Position numbers and translations under genes: made by a program
Shown: in pieces, positions 8,526 to 17,458 of the stretch
Position numbering within the stretch: the stretch's first letter is position 1
Layout: each line of letters opens with the position of its first letter
IMG/VR virus record: IMGVR_UViG_3300021255_000114
Span: 32,001 to 96,000 of that record
Strand: one strand, 5' to 3'
DNA from: a virus
Taxonomy: Duplodnaviria; Heunggongvirae; Uroviricota; Caudoviricetes
DNA length: 64,000 nt
Notes under the pieces: model-generated
Told to the model about the DNA's origin: nothing
Databases searched by the model: none
Seen by the model: only the letters and a program-made list of their open reading frames with translations

Positions 8526-11500
8526 ATGGCAAATAGAACAAATACAACAAGGCCACATTCAGCACCTGGTCTATATTTCAAGGATTCTGTGCAGACCTAC
8601 TCAAGCAAGTCACTTGGAATTACTACTCTTGGTGTTACGGGTGAAACACTTCGTGGTCCTGCATTCCAACCAATTTCAATCAGTAATTGGAGGGAATTCC
8701 AAACCTATTTCGGGGGTACAAGTACCGCCAAGTTCAAGGGCAGCCAATATCCGAAGTATGAACTTCCCTACATTGCCAAAAGTTACCTTGAGCAGAGTAA
8801 CCAACTTGAAGTTGTTCGTGTTCTTGGTTTATCGGGTGTAAATGCCGGTCCGGCTTGGGTTATTACAGCAACAAAACATAAAGTTTTTACTGGCTATGAC
8901 TATGTATTGCTGAGTTCAGAACCATCTGAAGAATGCGCAATTTACACAACACTCCCAAAACCACCATACATCGACGACAATTATCCCGATTACATCAAGA
9001 TTGCCTCGAACCTTGAATGGCATACATTGTGCAGTGCTTGTGACGATACTCGCATTGAGGATGAAGAGAAGCAGGTTTTTGACCTTACAAAAGGTGATAC
9101 AGTTCCTGACGCAAACACATTTACGGAGTATGATTACATCAAAGTCATACAAAAGTGGTTTTATACACCTGTTGACCACACTACAATTACTGATTTCAGC
9201 AAATACGTTACAGTGACACAATTCCCTGAGACGATTTCGGGCGAATCAGAAAAGAACATAAGAATTGCCACAATCGAAAACCCGTCAAGTGATGCTGATT
9301 ATGATTACTATGACTTGGAAAACACCGCTTATTGCTACGAAAAACAAGAAAATTATAACTACTACAAAAAAACGTGGAGATCAGGCGTACAACTTGAAGA
9401 GGAAGATTACTGTGAGGGAAATCGTAACAATATGGTTGTGGCAGTACTCCGTTCGCGTGGAGAACACAAAAAAGCAGCGTTTGTCCGTACACCGACCCAA
9501 GACGACATTGCTAATGGAATTTGCGATGATATCTATAGTTACGACGGCATAGAATATTTTGCAAAAGAGATACGTCTTGAACCTAGCAAATCATTGACAC
9601 TCGGTTCAAGTTGCAATCCGGGATTTTCAACTGTAACGGGTGATTTTACAGTCGACAGTTTCAATTACGGTACATTTACCATTGCCGTTGACACTATCTA
9701 TGGCGAAACAAAATACTACTCAGTATCTTTAAACCCGGGCGAAAAGAATTATATCTACAATGTAATCGGCGGAAATCCTGAAGAGGGTGATGCAGAAATT
9801 TACGTTGAGGAACTTTATGACGTTGCACTTCGCCAACTTATCGACGAAGGTGTGTTCAATGCCATCAACTCAGAGGTTATCAAATATCCTGCAATCAACA
9901 TTCTCCCAAAATTCGCCGACGTTGATGATATTATGACTGATTCGGTTCTCACCAAGAAATATCGCGGTAAACGCTATCTTTACAGCAATGAACTTTCCGA
10001 AGGTATAAAAGTAAGGTATAGCGAGGATGGCGGAAATACATGGTATGAAGGTGACGGCATCAATGGTGTTATTTACACAGTATTCGAGCGTACCAATGCA
10101 GCAACCGGCAAGAAAGAGTATTTCTATGGTGCATATACCGATGCCATTCAGTTCAAATATGAGATTTACGACGGTGAACCTAAAGACGTGGAATGGATTG
10201 AATGCTCGCAAACAGTTACAAACGAACAACAGAATGTCTTCGTGGCAAAACCTGAGTTTTTCGACAAACCTAATACCACGAACCCCGAATACATCAAGAT
10301 AATCACACCAAACGATAATCTTGTCAATGGTGACGATTCGATTGTTGTTGAAAATGGCGTTATTAAAGATGAAACAACCGGCACAGTAATCTCAGAAGAA
10401 AAGGTAACCTATTACCCATTCCATTTTCAGATTACAACAACGCAAACAATCGTTGGCAGAAATTCTGTAAAAATTACATTCCCGAAAAAGGCCGAACTAA
10501 AAGATTTCGAAGTTTATTCATACAGTAACCTTAATCCTAAACTTTATGAGTATGAATGGGACAAGGGAGAGGGTAACACTTTCATTTCAAGAAATGCAAT
10601 TCCAGAACTTGAACCAGGCACCTATGATTTCGTACTCTATACTACAATAGATGGTGATTATACCATCAAGATTGATGACCAGACTGTCACACTTACCGTT
10701 AAGAAGAGTAATGGTGTCAATTATGTGAAGAAAGTTACCGATATCACCGATAGCACAAGAGCAAAGAAGACAACCGAACGTCTTACGGTTTATAAATTCA
10801 GCGCAGACGTCGTTCATGGAAAATTCACGAACTGCGTGAAGGTTCTTGCTGACAATATGATTTATGTCAACAATACTACCGTTGATGATAAACATAATAT
10901 GACAGAGGATGTTTTCCCGATAACACTTGATTTCAACAACTACAAAGAACAGTACAGGTATGCTTCAACACCTTGGATAGTTTCCGAAATTAAAGGTAGC
11001 GCAGAACAGGTACAACTTGCCAAACTGTTCCGCTTCCATACGATTTCAGACGGCAACAATTCATCGCTTGAAGTCAAGATTTCAATTGAGAATATTGACC
11101 CTTCAACCGGTAAATTTGATGTTCTCGTCCGTAACTTTAATGATACTGACCTCAACACCAACGTCATCGAACGCTTTGTTGGATGTACTCTTGTTCCTGG
11201 TGACCCTGACTATATTGCGCTAAAAATTGGTTCATTCGACGAATCATATAATGCAGTTTCAAATTATATTACTGTTGAGGTTATTGAGAATGACACAACC
11301 AAGAATTCAATCCCGGCAGGATTCCTCGGATATCCAATGCGTGACTACAGTGGATTTGCTATCAAAGAGACTGCATGGAAGTACACCAAAATAGATAATC
11401 CAATGGATACATCAGTGTTTGTGAAGGTTGACAGTTTACCGGATACTGTTAAAGATACCGATCCGTGGTTTGTGTATATTGAGAGCGAAACCGGAAATAC

Positions 11501-12998
11501 ATATTACGGAAGAGAATTTGCCATCACATCAAACCCAACGCAGCCGTATTTCAAATTCAACACTGATGTTGATGAAGACATCAAGATCAAGAAACAATAC
11601 TTTGGCGTTTCCGACCTTACGGGAATCGATACCGATGCGTTGACTTATAAAGGTGTTGAGGCTTATAATGAAGTTCCCGCAGGTATGACACCTTGCTTCC
11701 ACCTTGATGCACGCATTCTTAATGGTGTGCCTAACGAGCATGGTGAAATTGAGAACGGCGATATTAAACAAACAGTTTCGGTTGACGGTATTACCGGATA
11801 CAGTTGGGTAACTGTTAACAAGAACATCACCACGAGTGAAGGTATTGAACCTCGTATCGGTTCGGAAAGTGTAATGGCCGGTACAATCTATGAAGACAAG
11901 AAATACCGTAAATTCACTGTGGCATTCTATGGCGGATGGGATGGTTGGGACTATTACAGAACCTACCGTTCGAACACCAATGAATATCGTGCCAAAGAAT
12001 ACAAAGGCTACATTAACAGTGTGAGTGGATATGGCGATATGTTTAACGTTGTTAAAAATCCTGAAGCCTTCAATTTTGATAGTAACCAAAAGGTCATAAA
12101 TTCTGACTACTATGCATATCTCGCAGGTGTCCGTCAGTTTAACAATCCTAAGTCGATTGCAATCAATGTACTTGCAACACCAGGTATTGACTATGTCAAC
12201 AACGGCCAATTGGTAAACGAAGTTATCGATATGGTTGAAGAGGATCGTCAGGATTGTATTTACGTTGTGACTACACCTGACAAACCATTCGGAGCAAGCG
12301 ACTCGAAGGACGATATGTATAATGCCGATGAAGTAGTTGCAAATCTTGAGGATTCAGATATTGACAGTAACCATACAACGACATATTATCCTTGGGTGAA
12401 GTATTTTGATGCAGACAATTCAGACTACATCTACCTTCCAATCACCCGCGACGTCGTTAAATCAATAGCTTTGACTGACAACCAGGCATTCCCGTGGTTT
12501 GCTGCGGCAGGTTGGACTCGTGGCCCGATTTCGGGAGACGCTCCAAAACGCAGACTGAAACAAGGTGAACAGGATACTCTTTATGACGGACGTATCAACT
12601 TCGTTGCAAGTTTCGCCGGCGAAGATTTCGGTGACACTAATGTAACAGACCGTATTTGGGGCGATAAAAACCTCCAGATAGCCGATAACCAACTCAACAG
12701 GCTGTCAGCACGCCGACTCTTGCTCCGCATCAAACGTATGTTACAGACTTCCTGCATTGGTCTCATCTTTGACCCGAACGACAACAACCAAACCAAGGCT
12801 ATCAGGAATTCAGTCGGAAGTGTCCTCGACTATATCAAAGAGAATCGTGGTATTACCGATTGGAGAATCGAAATCGACGATAGCCCGTCCACAACTGATC
12901 AACTCGGACGCGGTGTAACGTATTATATCAAACGCACCCCATTGCTTGAATGGATTTCATTCACGAGTGTCTTAACACCACAGGGTATGGAGTGGTAA
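8526..12998 (+). CDS. Contractile tail sheath protein with large insertions (1490 aa)
   Basis: N-terminal PGLYF...GVTGETLRGPAFQP...EFQTYFGG...VVRVLG; C-terminal INVLATPGID, YYPWV, PWFAAAGWTRG, LYDGRIN, IWGDKNLQ, RRLLLRIK and IFDPND. Confidence 0.93.
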   Translation: MANRTNTTRPHSAPGLYFKDSVQTYSSKSLGITTLGVTGETLRGPAFQPISISNWREFQTYFGGTSTAKFKGSQYPKYELPYIAKSYLEQSNQLEVVRVLGLSGVNAGPAWVITATKHKVFTGYDYVLLSSEPSEECAIYTTLPKPPYIDDNYPDYIKIASNLEWHTLCSACDDTRIEDEEKQVFDLTKGDTVPDANTFTEYDYIKVIQKWFYTPVDHTTITDFSKYVTVTQFPETISGESEKNIRIATIENPSSDADYDYYDLENTAYCYEKQENYNYYKKTWRSGVQLEEEDYCEGNRNNMVVAVLRSRGEHKKAAFVRTPTQDDIANGICDDIYSYDGIEYFAKEIRLEPSKSLTLGSSCNPGFSTVTGDFTVDSFNYGTFTIAVDTIYGETKYYSVSLNPGEKNYIYNVIGGNPEEGDAEIYVEELYDVALRQLIDEGVFNAINSEVIKYPAINILPKFADVDDIMTDSVLTKKYRGKRYLYSNELSEGIKVRYSEDGGNTWYEGDGINGVIYTVFERTNAATGKKEYFYGAYTDAIQFKYEIYDGEPKDVEWIECSQTVTNEQQNVFVAKPEFFDKPNTTNPEYIKIITPNDNLVNGDDSIVVENGVIKDETTGTVISEEKVTYYPFHFQITTTQTIVGRNSVKITFPKKAELKDFEVYSYSNLNPKLYEYEWDKGEGNTFISRNAIPELEPGTYDFVLYTTIDGDYTIKIDDQTVTLTVKKSNGVNYVKKVTDITDSTRAKKTTERLTVYKFSADVVHGKFTNCVKVLADNMIYVNNTTVDDKHNMTEDVFPITLDFNNYKEQYRYASTPWIVSEIKGSAEQVQLAKLFRFHTISDGNNSSLEVKISIENIDPSTGKFDVLVRNFNDTDLNTNVIERFVGCTLVPGDPDYIALKIGSFDESYNAVSNYITVEVIENDTTKNSIPAGFLGYPMRDYSGFAIKETAWKYTKIDNPMDTSVFVKVDSLPDTVKDTDPWFVYIESETGNTYYGREFAITSNPTQPYFKFNTDVDEDIKIKKQYFGVSDLTGIDTDALTYKGVEAYNEVPAGMTPCFHLDARILNGVPNEHGEIENGDIKQTVSVDGITGYSWVTVNKNITTSEGIEPRIGSESVMAGTIYEDKKYRKFTVAFYGGWDGWDYYRTYRSNTNEYRAKEYKGYINSVSGYGDMFNVVKNPEAFNFDSNQKVINSDYYAYLAGVRQFNNPKSIAINVLATPGIDYVNNGQLVNEVIDMVEEDRQDCIYVVTTPDKPFGASDSKDDMYNADEVVANLEDSDIDSNHTTTYYPWVKYFDADNSDYIYLPITRDVVKSIALTDNQAFPWFAAAGWTRGPISGDAPKRRLKQGEQDTLYDGRINFVASFAGEDFGDTNVTDRIWGDKNLQIADNQLNRLSARRLLLRIKRMLQTSCIGLIFDPNDNNQTKAIRNSVGSVLDYIKENRGITDWRIEIDDSPSTTDQLGRGVTYYIKRTPLLEWISFTSVLTPQGMEW

Positions 12999-13020
12999 GC
13001 GATAACCCACACAAAGTAAG

Positions 13021-13050
13021 AAAGGGAGAAAACAAAAATTCTCCCTTTTT
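13021..13050 (+). terminator. Rho-independent terminator after the sheath gene
   Basis: AAAGGGAGAA-loop-TTCTCCCTTTTT. Confidence 0.85.
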
Positions 13051-13060
13051 CGTTTTAATC

Positions 13061-13068
13061 TATTTATA
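13061..13068 (+). promoter_or_regulatory. Putative late promoter TATTTATA
   Basis: Exact octamer between the terminator and the ATG at 13088. Confidence 0.55.
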
Positions 13069-13087
13069 GTAAAAGAAATATGATACT

Positions 13088-13492
13088 ATGGCACAGACAT
13101 TCATAATCAATAAAAATAGCACACTCCCAATATTAAGGATGAATTTAAACAACGACGGATATTCTGAATATTGGAAAGCCTATCTTGCATTACAAGGGGC
13201 AAACGGTGTAACATTTTCAATGTGGAATCAGGAAACCGGAATATACAAGATTGCAAACGCCCCTGCTGAAATAACCTATGATGAATACAGTGGATGCGAG
13301 GAACGTTATCTTATACAATACAAATGGAAGGAACGTGATACGAATGAGTCCGGCCGGTATATCGGACAATTCAAGATTAGTTTTTCTGATGATATTGTCA
13401 TGGAAGGCGTTACATTCCCAAGCGGGGAGTTAATAACCCCAATTTCTGAAGATCTTGTAATTGTAGTAAATGACTCTTGGAAAAAGAACTAA
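13088..13492 (+). CDS. Virion protein, possibly a BppU-N-like beta-sandwich
   Basis: FIINKNSTLPILRM...QYKWKERDTNESGRYIGQFKISF resembles baseplate upper-protein N-terminal domains. Confidence 0.4.
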   Translation: MAQTFIINKNSTLPILRMNLNNDGYSEYWKAYLALQGANGVTFSMWNQETGIYKIANAPAEITYDEYSGCEERYLIQYKWKERDTNESGRYIGQFKISFSDDIVMEGVTFPSGELITPISEDLVIVVNDSWKKN

Positions 13493-13496
13493 AAGA

Positions 13497-13521
13497 AAAG
13501 CCACCCATTTTGAGTGGCTTT
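13497..13521. terminator. Bidirectional terminator between convergent genes
   Basis: AAAGCCAC-loop-GTGGCTTT flanked by A- and T-tracts. Confidence 0.75.
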
Positions 13522-13539
13522 ATTTCTTTATTTTTTTTT

Positions 13540-13908
13540 TTATTGTCTTCTGTAAGCGTTTTGATATCGCTCTATAATATCTTTTTTAATGTAATCTATT
13601 ATAACACTATCCGGTTTGCTATAATAATTGTCAGGGAATGGTAATGTACCGAAATCCCAAATAAAGCAATCTTTTGGTGGATATGCCCAACCGCCTTGTA
13701 TTCTCCAAACGCCCCAATCAGGACCGAGGTCTATGGTTTTACCTTCCTTTTTGATTCGTTCATTCTCGGCTCTTTCGCTATCTTGGTGTTTTTGTGCGTA
13801 ATATTGGTCGGCAGTATTGCCATATTCTATTTCAGAAACAATTTCCATTATACTTTCATGTATGAGTTTTTTGAGTTTAGTTTCTGATAGATTAATACTT
13901 TGCTTCAT
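13540..13908 (-). CDS. Hypothetical protein with an LSE..L...IHESI.EIVSE leader (putative head-internal protein)
   Basis: N-terminus MKQSINLSETKLKKLIHESIMEIVSE. Confidence 0.7.
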   Translation of the reverse strand: MKQSINLSETKLKKLIHESIMEIVSEIEYGNTADQYYAQKHQDSERAENERIKKEGKTIDLGPDWGVWRIQGGWAYPPKDCFIWDFGTLPFPDNYYSKPDSVIIDYIKKDIIERYQNAYRRQ

Positions 13909-13922
13909 TTTATATGAATGGG

Positions 13923-14342
13923 TTATTTTTGTTTATCTTGAGATTCAACGGGTTTATCGATAATTTGGAGTATCTTTTTCATAGTACTGTATTCTACTGA
14001 TTCTGCACGATTTGCAAGTTTACCAAGGGCTTTAATAACAGCAACGCGGATATCATCAAGCATACCTTTTACTTCAGGATCCATTACTGCTTCGCTTGGA
14101 AGTGTTCCTTGGATAGGTTGTATATCGCCATCTTGACCTGATTGTTGGGGTTGCTGTGGGGCGACTTCAGGTTCAGGACCACCTGCGCTCGTATCATATC
14201 CTGGATTATCAATTTCCTGTGGATTCATATCGTTATTGAACACCATTTCCATAAGTGTCATTGATTTCTTTTCTTCTTTTTTTGGTTTAGGGTTTTTTAC
14301 ACCATGGAGGTCTTGTTTTATTTCATTAATCAATTGTGACAT
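13923..14342 (-). CDS. Hypothetical protein (LINE/LME motifs, Pro/Gln-rich linker, C-terminal helical hairpin)
   Basis: 139-aa ORF in the minus-strand three-gene island. Confidence 0.75.
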   Translation of the reverse strand: MSQLINEIKQDLHGVKNPKPKKEEKKSMTLMEMVFNNDMNPQEIDNPGYDTSAGGPEPEVAPQQPQQSGQDGDIQPIQGTLPSEAVMDPEVKGMLDDIRVAVIKALGKLANRAESVEYSTMKKILQIIDKPVESQDKQK

Positions 14343-14370
14343 ATCTTCTATATTCTTTTTTCTCTATTAT

Positions 14371-14649
14371 TTAGAATTTGAAAGCATCAGGGAGTGTAAG
14401 TGTTGGTTGTGAACCCTTTCCTACTGCATAGTTCATAAGATCTGAACGGTAGGCAAGCAGCACTCCAAGTGCCTGTACATTGAGTTTCATTTCGTCTAAC
14501 TCAGCCTGATTGGTTTTGGTTCCAAAGAAGGTCTCATATTCATAGGTGCTGTTGATAGCCCCCATAATGTTTTCGTTTGAACGTATTTTTCTTTGAACAT
14601 GGTCGATCATTTTGTCGAGAACATCCAATTCATTTTTAATGTCAGTCAT
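14371..14649 (-). CDS. Hypothetical protein
   Basis: 92-aa helical ORF with TATTTATA upstream at 14677-14670. Confidence 0.75.
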   Translation of the reverse strand: MTDIKNELDVLDKMIDHVQRKIRSNENIMGAINSTYEYETFFGTKTNQAELDEMKLNVQALGVLLAYRSDLMNYAVGKGSQPTLTLPDAFKF

Positions 14650-14669
14650 TTTTCAATATTCTTATTACA

Positions 14670-14677
14670 TATAAATA
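14670..14677 (-). promoter_or_regulatory. Putative late promoter TATTTATA
   Basis: Exact octamer 20 nt upstream of the ATG at 14649. Confidence 0.55.
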
Positions 14678-14721
14678 TGGAGGTTGAGAAAAACAATAAC
14701 AATCTGTTAGATTAATTTAAC

Positions 14722-15306
14722 ATGACAAAGATTAAACAACCGAAACGGCCAAGCAATAATGCCACAAATAAAAAGACAACCACGCCAAAGAAGAAGACCA
14801 TAAAGAAACCAAGGATTAGGCAAGCATACGGTACATCTAAACTTGAAGCATACTTTGCAACGGAATTTCTTGACAAACTTGGTCTTAACTACATTTACGA
14901 ATATGAGGCGAAGGATATAAAACGTTTCTATGATTTCGCTATAGTAGCCGTTCCACAGGAAACACAGCCAATATATGAGGAAAAACACGGAGTGAAATGT
15001 ATAGACTACATGAAGAACACAGTACGTACATTATTTCTTATTGAGGTTGATGGTGAACATTGGCACCCGGATTTAAATAAAGTTAAATGGGATGAACTTT
15101 CTCCAATGCAGAAGCATAATGCCATGGTGGACAAGATAAAAAACGAATGGTGTGTAAAGCACAGAATTCCGTTGTTACGTTTTTGGGAGAGCGACATACG
15201 AAACAATCCAAGTATGGTTTTAAAAGAACTTAAGGAAATGTTGGATAAACTATCAAAGCGTGATCAAATTAAAGCGGGTTTAAACAGGCCACATCCAAGG
15301 CACTGA
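14722..15306 (+). CDS. DUF559/Vsr-like PD-(D/E)xK endonuclease
   Basis: TSKLE...YIYEY...YDFAI...LIEVDGEHWH...DKIKNEWC...LLRFWESDI, with a basic N-terminal tail. Confidence 0.8.
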   Translation: MTKIKQPKRPSNNATNKKTTTPKKKTIKKPRIRQAYGTSKLEAYFATEFLDKLGLNYIYEYEAKDIKRFYDFAIVAVPQETQPIYEEKHGVKCIDYMKNTVRTLFLIEVDGEHWHPDLNKVKWDELSPMQKHNAMVDKIKNEWCVKHRIPLLRFWESDIRNNPSMVLKELKEMLDKLSKRDQIKAGLNRPHPRH

Positions 15307-15307
15307 A

Positions 15308-15339
15308 TTTGGAAAAATTAAATTCTTATACTATATTTT
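15308..15339 (+). promoter_or_regulatory. Bacteroidota-type promoter (TTTG-N20-TATATTTT)
   Basis: TTTG at 15308-15311 and TATATTTT at 15332-15339, upstream of 15358. Confidence 0.45.
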
Positions 15340-15357
15340 ATATAAATTGGATATATT

Positions 15358-15864
15358 ATGGAACAAACTCCGAAATATAAATTAGGGCAGAAGGTATGGT
15401 TCGTTGCAGAGAACGAAAACGTGTGTTACGGGATAATCAACACCATAACACCTGTTAACTATACTTTTAATTATAACATAAAAATGAACCTTCACAGTAT
15501 AGGTGAGGTTGTAAAGAACACTGTATGGGAAGAAGATATTTTAGGAGACTACAACGATGACATTGTCGATATTATAAATTATGCCGCAAATCATGGAGTC
15601 GAAAAAGAATTAGATCAACTAATTTTAAAAAGACTTTTCAGTCTAGGTGTTTTAAATAGAAAAGAAAACAACAAACAATTTGAAAGTATTTTTAAAAATG
15701 AACTTGTTGGTGGAGCAGAACGAGTAATATTATCTCCTGGAAAAATGGAAGAAATCGAAGACGCAATGTATGATGAAAACGGTTGGAAAAATATAGGCAA
15801 TGGATTAAAAATGGACAGGCATGGAAATATTGCAGGAGGACTAAAACCTTCTAATAATAATTAA
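15358..15864 (+). CDS. Hypothetical protein (N-terminal SH3/KOW-like KYKLGQKVWF)
   Basis: 168-aa ORF. Confidence 0.7.
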   Translation: MEQTPKYKLGQKVWFVAENENVCYGIINTITPVNYTFNYNIKMNLHSIGEVVKNTVWEEDILGDYNDDIVDIINYAANHGVEKELDQLILKRLFSLGVLNRKENNKQFESIFKNELVGGAERVILSPGKMEEIEDAMYDENGWKNIGNGLKMDRHGNIAGGLKPSNNN

Positions 15865-15881
15865 TTATACATTAAAAAAAA

Positions 15882-16490
15882 ATGAATAGAACCCCAGGTA
15901 AAGATTCTACGATTACGCTTTTAGTCCCATATAGCAATGGCGATGCTGTCAAAGGTTTCAAATATGAAGGAGGTGACATTACGGAACAGCAGTACAGCCG
16001 GCTTATGGTTGATACATACAACAAATACAAAAACGGTGTATGGGATACATACATTGAGCGTGCCGGTATGAATATGGCAATCAACAATTACGAAAAAGAA
16101 ATAGTCCATTATGCACAGCAGCAATATTACTTTGACGAAACAAAGGTTGACATATTCAACGCTGCCGGTGGTGATATAACCATTGATGAACTTATTTCAT
16201 ATTATCAGAGCAGAACCCCATTCATTCTTATTGTGGATATGTACAAGATGAGTGAAAATCCGGATCTTGAGACTGACATGAAGTCATGGCTAAGAGAATG
16301 CGTGAAAATCAAAAGCAACCCACATTTCTCAGATGCGGAGAAAATCCAATATTCAAGCAAAAAGAATTTGAAGATAAAATTCGATGACGCTAAAAGTCAG
16401 GCGATATTACAAAACTGCAAAATGATGGATTACAAAAACAACCATAAATTTGTATTCATCGTGGAGAAGATAATATTTGTTACCGGTTGA
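15882..16490 (+). CDS. Hypothetical protein
   Basis: 202-aa ORF. Confidence 0.75.
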   Translation: MNRTPGKDSTITLLVPYSNGDAVKGFKYEGGDITEQQYSRLMVDTYNKYKNGVWDTYIERAGMNMAINNYEKEIVHYAQQQYYFDETKVDIFNAAGGDITIDELISYYQSRTPFILIVDMYKMSENPDLETDMKSWLRECVKIKSNPHFSDAEKIQYSSKKNLKIKFDDAKSQAILQNCKMMDYKNNHKFVFIVEKIIFVTG

Positions 16491-16547
16491 TAAAAATTTA
16501 TAAAATAAACCATATTTAAAAAGAATAATATTTTAAAACAAAAACAT

Positions 16548-17114
16548 ATGACAATATTTAGTTTATTTAAGAAAAAGAAAAATAACTCATCACCGGTTAC
16601 CAAGAATGATAATGCCGAAACATCATCAACCGAAACAGGAGAACCCGTAATGAACGAAGAGAATCTCGGCTACACCGACAATTATCAGAACAAAACCGCT
16701 ATGACAACCCCGAGCAACAACGAGCCTGGCAAGAACGTCAAGAGCATTGAAGGTTCAATAACCGGTAACTCAAATAAACCCGTCGTTACGGAAAAGAAGA
16801 GACTTGGACAGATAGACGTAACATATCACATAGACAGTGAGACCCCATCATGGGTAAATGACGTTAATATCGGAGACAAGGATTTGGCCGGTTCATCAAA
16901 TGTTATTATCGACAATATTGAAGCATACCCAAATTTGAAACGTTCAAAAGAACTTTTAGATAAACTCAATATGAGGGATAAACATGGTGATTTCAAAACC
17001 GAGTGTATTAAATTTCAGAATGAATTGAGAAGCGAATCAGAGAAGATTGCTTCCATGACCGAATCATTCATTGAAAGGGTGAATAAATATATGAACGATA
17101 CAAATGTACTTTAA
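16548..17114 (+). CDS. Hypothetical protein
   Basis: 188-aa ORF with a low-complexity N-terminal half. Confidence 0.7.
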   Translation: MTIFSLFKKKKNNSSPVTKNDNAETSSTETGEPVMNEENLGYTDNYQNKTAMTTPSNNEPGKNVKSIEGSITGNSNKPVVTEKKRLGQIDVTYHIDSETPSWVNDVNIGDKDLAGSSNVIIDNIEAYPNLKRSKELLDKLNMRDKHGDFKTECIKFQNELRSESEKIASMTESFIERVNKYMNDTNVL

Positions 17115-17457
17115 TATGGATTATACAAAAAAATATAATAGTTTTCTTGAAAGTCTTGAAAGACAAATGTCTCCTGATGAGGAACGCGAAAGTCAAAACA
17201 TCTATGAAGGATGGAGAAATGGAAATCGCCTCTCAGACCTTGAGTTGGCAATGTTCATGTCTGATAAATTGGATAATATCACAAAAATCATGCATGAGAG
17301 TGACAGACTTCGTACTAGAGACGGTAAAGTTTCCAGAATCACCATAACTGAGACAACGAACAACAACGGAGACAATGAAAAACTAAGAAAGGAAATTGAT
17401 GACCTTAAAGGCGATATTAAGGAACTCAAAGAATTATTAATTAACAAACTATCATAA
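17104..17457 (+). CDS. Hypothetical protein with a C-terminal coiled coil
   Basis: Heptad pattern in NEKLRKEIDDLKGDIKELKELL. Confidence 0.7.
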   Translation: MYFNMDYTKKYNSFLESLERQMSPDEERESQNIYEGWRNGNRLSDLELAMFMSDKLDNITKIMHESDRLRTRDGKVSRITITETTNNNGDNEKLRKEIDDLKGDIKELKELLINKLS

Positions 17458-17458
17458 A

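Noticed and set aside
8895-10736. Sheath insertions as inteins
   Set aside because: There are no Hint-domain splice motifs. The insertions are better explained by the repeated Tyr-rich module and an Ig-like domain.
13531-13541. Poly-T run as a phase-variation tract
   Set aside because: It is essentially intergenic, at convergent gene ends next to a terminator, so length changes would not alter a reading frame.
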